Shown here in pieces: positions 40,901 through 42,584 of a stretch of 42,584 nt of DNA (position 1 is the stretch's first letter; each line of letters opens with the position of its first letter). The DNA comes from Salinibacterium sp. (GTDB lineage Bacteria > Actinomycetota > Actinomycetes > Actinomycetales > Microbacteriaceae). A program made the translations under genes and the position numbers. The notes under the pieces were generated by a model, which saw nothing but the letters and a program-made list of their open reading frames with translations, did not search any database and had not been told where the DNA came from. The stretch is taken from the NCBI GenBank assembly GCA_025352485.1, contig JANXTJ010000261.1, positions 1-42,584 on the forward strand, read 5' to 3'.

Positions 40901-42584
40901 ATGAGTTCCGACGCCCCCCTCACCTCCGGAATTGCGACAGACGACCTCGATGCCGCAGTCCGCCCGCAGGACGACCTGTTTCGCCACGTCAACGGAAAGT
41001 GGATTGCGGCCACGCAGATCCCCGGGGACAAGGCCCGCTACGGATCGTTTTATGTGCTCGCCGAAGAGGCCGAGAAGGCCGTGCGCGAGATCATCGTCGA
41101 GTCGCAGTCTGCCCCCGTCGGGTCGGAGGCCCGCAAGGTCGGAGACCTCTACGCCAGCTTCCTCGACGAGGCCAGAGTGCACGAGCTCGGTGCCACACCG
41201 ATCGCCGCAGCTCTCGCCGAGGCCGAGGCCGTCGACTCCATCGAAACCCTGCTCGAGACGCTCGGTCGGCTCGAGCGTGGTGGCTCCAGCGGCTTCTTTC
41301 AGGTCTTCGTCGACAATGACCCGGGGCAGCCGGAGCGCTACCTGGTCTTCATCGAGCAGGGCGGCCTGAGCCTGCCGGATGAGTCCTACTACCGCGAAGA
41401 GAAGTTCGCCGACATCCGCGCCAAATATCAGGACTACCTCGAACGGATGCTGTCGCTGGCTGGGCGCAGCGACCCCGCCATCCGCGCCCAGCGCATTGTC
41501 GACCTCGAGACGGAACTGGCCAGCCACCACTGGGACAACGTCGCCAACCGCGACAGCGAGAAGACCTACAACCCGATGCTCTGGTCGGCGGCCAGCGCGC
41601 TGGTCGGCGACATCGACATGGACATCTGGTTGAACGCGTTGGGCGTTCCCGACCGGTCGTTTCACGAGGTCGTCGTGCGCCAACCCAGTTTTCTTGCCGG
41701 GCTGGAGCGGGTATTGACCGCCGGCAATCTCGACAAGTGGCGGGACTGGCTGGCTTGGCAGGTCATCCGCTCGAACGCCGCCTACCTCTCGAACGATTTT
41801 GTCGAGACCAACTTCGATTTCTACGGCAAGACCCTTACCGGAACTCCCGAGCTTCGCGCCCGCTGGAAGCGCGGCGTATCGCTGGTCGAGGGTGCACTCG
41901 GCGAATCGGTCGGTCGAAGCTACGTGCAGCGCCACTTTCCGGACACGGCCAAGGCCGCCATGGATGTGCTCGTGGCTCATCTCATCGAGGCGTACCGCCG
42001 CAGCATTTCCGGCCTCGATTGGATGAGCGAGGAGACGCGCGTTCGCGCGCTCGACAAGCTCGACAAGTTCACCCCCAAGATCGGTTACCCGGTGAAGTGG
42101 CGTGACTACTCGGCGCTCGAGATTGACGCCACCGATCTGATCGGCAACGTCAGGGCCACCAACGAGTTTGAGTTTCAGCGCGAGCTCGGCAAGATCGGCA
42201 CGCCGCTCGACCGCGACGAGTGGTTCATGACCCCGCAGACGATCAACGCGTACTACAACCCCGGCCTCAACGAGATCGTGTTTCCTGCGGCCATCCTGCA
42301 GTTTCCGTTCTTCGATGAGACGAGGGATGCCGCGGCCAACTATGGCGCCATCGGTGCCGTGATCGGCCACGAGATCGGCCACGGCTTCGACGACCAAGGG
42401 TCAAAGTATGACGGGGACGGCAAACTCACCGACTGGTGGACCCCCGCAGACCGCGAAGCCTTCGAGGCTCGCACGAAGTCGCTCATCGAGCAGTATGACG
42501 CCCTGGCGCCCTCGCAGGTGCCCGACCACCATGTCAATGGCGCGCTGACGATTGGCGAGAACATCGGCGACCTCGGCGGGCTGT
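40901..42584 (+). CDS. pepO: M13 family zinc metallopeptidase (PepO/Zmp1-like), 3'-partial
   Basis: VRPQDDLFRHVNGKW, INAYYNP, GAVIGHEIGHGFDDQG (HExxH), GENIGD; runs off the window so absent from the ORF track. Confidence 0.95.
   Translation, partial: MSSDAPLTSGIATDDLDAAVRPQDDLFRHVNGKWIAATQIPGDKARYGSFYVLAEEAEKAVREIIVESQSAPVGSEARKVGDLYASFLDEARVHELGATPIAAALAEAEAVDSIETLLETLGRLERGGSSGFFQVFVDNDPGQPERYLVFIEQGGLSLPDESYYREEKFADIRAKYQDYLERMLSLAGRSDPAIRAQRIVDLETELASHHWDNVANRDSEKTYNPMLWSAASALVGDIDMDIWLNALGVPDRSFHEVVVRQPSFLAGLERVLTAGNLDKWRDWLAWQVIRSNAAYLSNDFVETNFDFYGKTLTGTPELRARWKRGVSLVEGALGESVGRSYVQRHFPDTAKAAMDVLVAHLIEAYRRSISGLDWMSEETRVRALDKLDKFTPKIGYPVKWRDYSALEIDATDLIGNVRATNEFEFQRELGKIGTPLDRDEWFMTPQTINAYYNPGLNEIVFPAAILQFPFFDETRDAAANYGAIGAVIGHEIGHGFDDQGSKYDGDGKLTDWWTPADREAFEARTKSLIEQYDALAPSQVPDHHVNGALTIGENIGDLGGL

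Noticed and set aside
40811-42397. 528-aa minus-strand ORF
   Set aside because: Antisense shadow of the M13 peptidase, which has all catalytic motifs on the + strand; long shadow ORFs are expected at high GC.
33113-42584. Integrative element or prophage at tRNA-Leu
   Set aside because: No integrase, transposase or phage genes, no distal direct repeat of the tRNA 3' end noticed, and nucS is a core gene.

Overview
A GC-rich actinobacterial chromosome segment spanning the replication origin. Gene order and protein style suggest Microbacteriaceae (inference). Left of oriC: trxB (5'-partial), trxA, a PLP aminotransferase, a Ddl-like ligase, then the minus-strand parB-parA-rsmG-jag-yidC-yidD-rnpA-rpmH block with three parS sites. 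DnaA-box regions flank dnaA on both sides. Then dnaN-gnd-recF-dciA-gyrB-gyrA-DUF3566, tRNA-Ile/tRNA-Ala, a membrane protein in the cwsA position, ppiA, a rhomboid protease, crgA, a class E sortase with a small membrane protein, pabA/trpG, the pknB-pknA-pbpA-rodA-pstP-fhaB-fhaA cluster and tRNA-Leu. The more variable right arm holds a type III PKS/methyltransferase/FAD-oxidoreductase trio, an OhrR-like MarR divergent from a small Cys/His protein, a HAD hydrolase, nucS, an MFS/LacI pair, a probable GbsR-type regulator remnant and a 3'-partial M13 peptidase. No mobile element or CRISPR array was seen. The most notable non-coding signals: (1) a DnaA-box cluster downstream of crgA, about 11.5 kb from oriC, fused to an AACTACA-N4-TGTAGTT palindrome whose near-copy lies inside oriC; (2) parS sites at the translation starts of parA and rsmG; (3) a 22-bp spacer whose single palindrome could be the -10 element for two divergent leaderless genes. 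All calls come from reading the sequence and recalled family motifs; no searches were run.
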